Source of the DNA: Candidatus Heimdallarchaeota archaeon
Lineage (GTDB): Archaea; Asgardarchaeota; Heimdallarchaeia; Heimdallarchaeales; Heimdallarchaeaceae
DNA length: 64,000 nt
Direction: 5' to 3'
Assembly: GCA_019057375.1 (NCBI GenBank)
Contig: DXJF01000045.1
Span: 24,316 to 88,315 of the forward strand
Below the pieces are notes generated by a model, which was not told the DNA's origin, made no database searches, and was given only the letters and a program-made list of their open reading frames with translations. Below, piece after piece: positions 63,179 through 64,000 of the stretch (within the stretch, counting starts at the first letter, position 1; every line of letters begins with the position of its first letter). A program made the translations under genes and the position numbers.

Positions 63179-64000
63179 ATGGGTGCAAAAACAGATGCTT
63201 CAACAACAAAATATGAAATAAAAGCATCTTTTGAAATTGATGGAGTCGTTGAGAAGCCTGACATAATTGGAGGGATTTATGGACAAACTGATGGGCTTTT
63301 GAGTGAGAATCTCGATATTCGCGAACTCCAAAAAACTGGAAGAATAGGAAGAATTCATGTAGAACTTAGTAGCAAAAAAGGAAAAACTACTGGACAAATA
63401 ATCATCCCTTCAAGCTTATCCCGCATGGAAACTGCAATTTTAGCAGCTACTCTCGAAACTGTTGATAGAGTAGGACCTTGCAGCTGCAGTATAAAGCTAG
63501 AAGAAATTGTTGATGTAAGAATCAGTAAGCGTCAAACTATTGTTGATCGTGCCTCTGAAATCATTCGTCAATGGGATCAAAATGTTAGTCCTTTTTCATC
63601 ATCAATTAGTATGGAAGTCAAAAAATCTTCTAAATCAAGCCAAGTTGTTAGTCTTGGAGATGAAGGTTATTCTGCTGGACCTGGATTTGAAAGACAGAAA
63701 AAAACTATTCTTGTTGAAGGTAGAGCAGATGTTATCAATCTTCTGAAATTTGGCGTTGATAACACAGTAGCAGTTAATGGAACAAGCATACCCCCTAAAT
63801 TAATTGATTTAATTGCAAAAAAAACAGTTACAGCTTTTCTAGATGGTGACAGAGGCGGAGATTTAATTCTAAAAGAATTACTCCAAGTGTCCCATGTTGA
63901 ATTTGTAGCTCGAGCTCCTAAAGGCAAGGAAGTTGAGGACCTCAATGAAGAGGAAACTAAACAATCCTTGAAAGAAGCTGTTCCATTAGAAAAAGCAATT
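63179..64000 (+). CDS. dnaG: Archaeal DnaG (Toprim primase/exosome-associated protein), 3'-truncated by the window end; absent from the ORF track
   Basis: Manual translation: MGAKTDASTTKYEIKASFEIDGVVEKPDIIGGIYGQTDGLLSENLDIRELQKTGRIGRIHV... (archaeal DnaG N-terminus), then Toprim ILVEGRADVINL ... FLDGDRGGDLI. Open frame of 274 codons to position 64000. Confidence 0.88.
   Translation, partial: MGAKTDASTTKYEIKASFEIDGVVEKPDIIGGIYGQTDGLLSENLDIRELQKTGRIGRIHVELSSKKGKTTGQIIIPSSLSRMETAILAATLETVDRVGPCSCSIKLEEIVDVRISKRQTIVDRASEIIRQWDQNVSPFSSSISMEVKKSSKSSQVVSLGDEGYSAGPGFERQKKTILVEGRADVINLLKFGVDNTVAVNGTSIPPKLIDLIAKKTVTAFLDGDRGGDLILKELLQVSHVEFVARAPKGKEVEDLNEEETKQSLKEAVPLEKAI

Noticed and set aside
63200-63945. 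ORFs 63200-63397 (-), 63540-63746 (+) and 63667-63945 (-)
   Set aside because: All lie inside the open archaeal dnaG reading frame (63179 to the window end) and have no motifs of their own.

Overview
A 64-kb AT-rich archaeal chromosome segment. Archaeal markers are Pelota, Hjc, Pth2, ribosomal protein eL40, archaeal-type DnaG and a ~320-nt SRP RNA; a bacterial-type DNA gyrase (gyrB-gyrA) is also present. The lineage cannot be fixed from sequence alone. The dominant theme is an energy-converting group-4 [NiFe] hydrogenase. A complex-I-like membrane operon (NuoH/A/J/K/L/N-like, 14.5-20.2 kb) sits next to hypF-hypE. The catalytic module (NuoC-like, NiFe large subunit, 2x[4Fe-4S] subunit, small subunit, 36.4-39.2 kb) lies 16 kb away, followed by hypC, hypD and, at 49.3 kb, a HycI-type maturation protease. 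The rest is housekeeping: an ABC exporter pair, S9 peptidase, upp, tag-like glycosylase, MtaB-like methylthiotransferase, thioredoxin, rubrerythrin, TtuA-like enzyme, S2P protease, truD and rimI, plus several secreted or membrane proteins. Two loci deserve most attention. (1) At 24.73-24.91 kb all conserved 5S rRNA blocks are present on the + strand but in permuted order, 3' half before 5' half. A decayed duplicate and a leader/trailer helix flank them, making this a candidate circularly permuted or circularised 5S rRNA gene. (2) A 627-aa TnpB/Cas12-like RuvC protein is inserted on the opposite strand between hypD and hypC. It has a large N-terminal extension, noticeably higher GC than its surroundings, a stem-loop just after its stop codon, and His in place of the third RuvC catalytic Asp. 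No tnpA and no CRISPR array are present. Two real genes are missing from the ORF track: rpl40e (52 aa) and a 3'-truncated dnaG at the window end. No CRISPR array was seen anywhere in the window.
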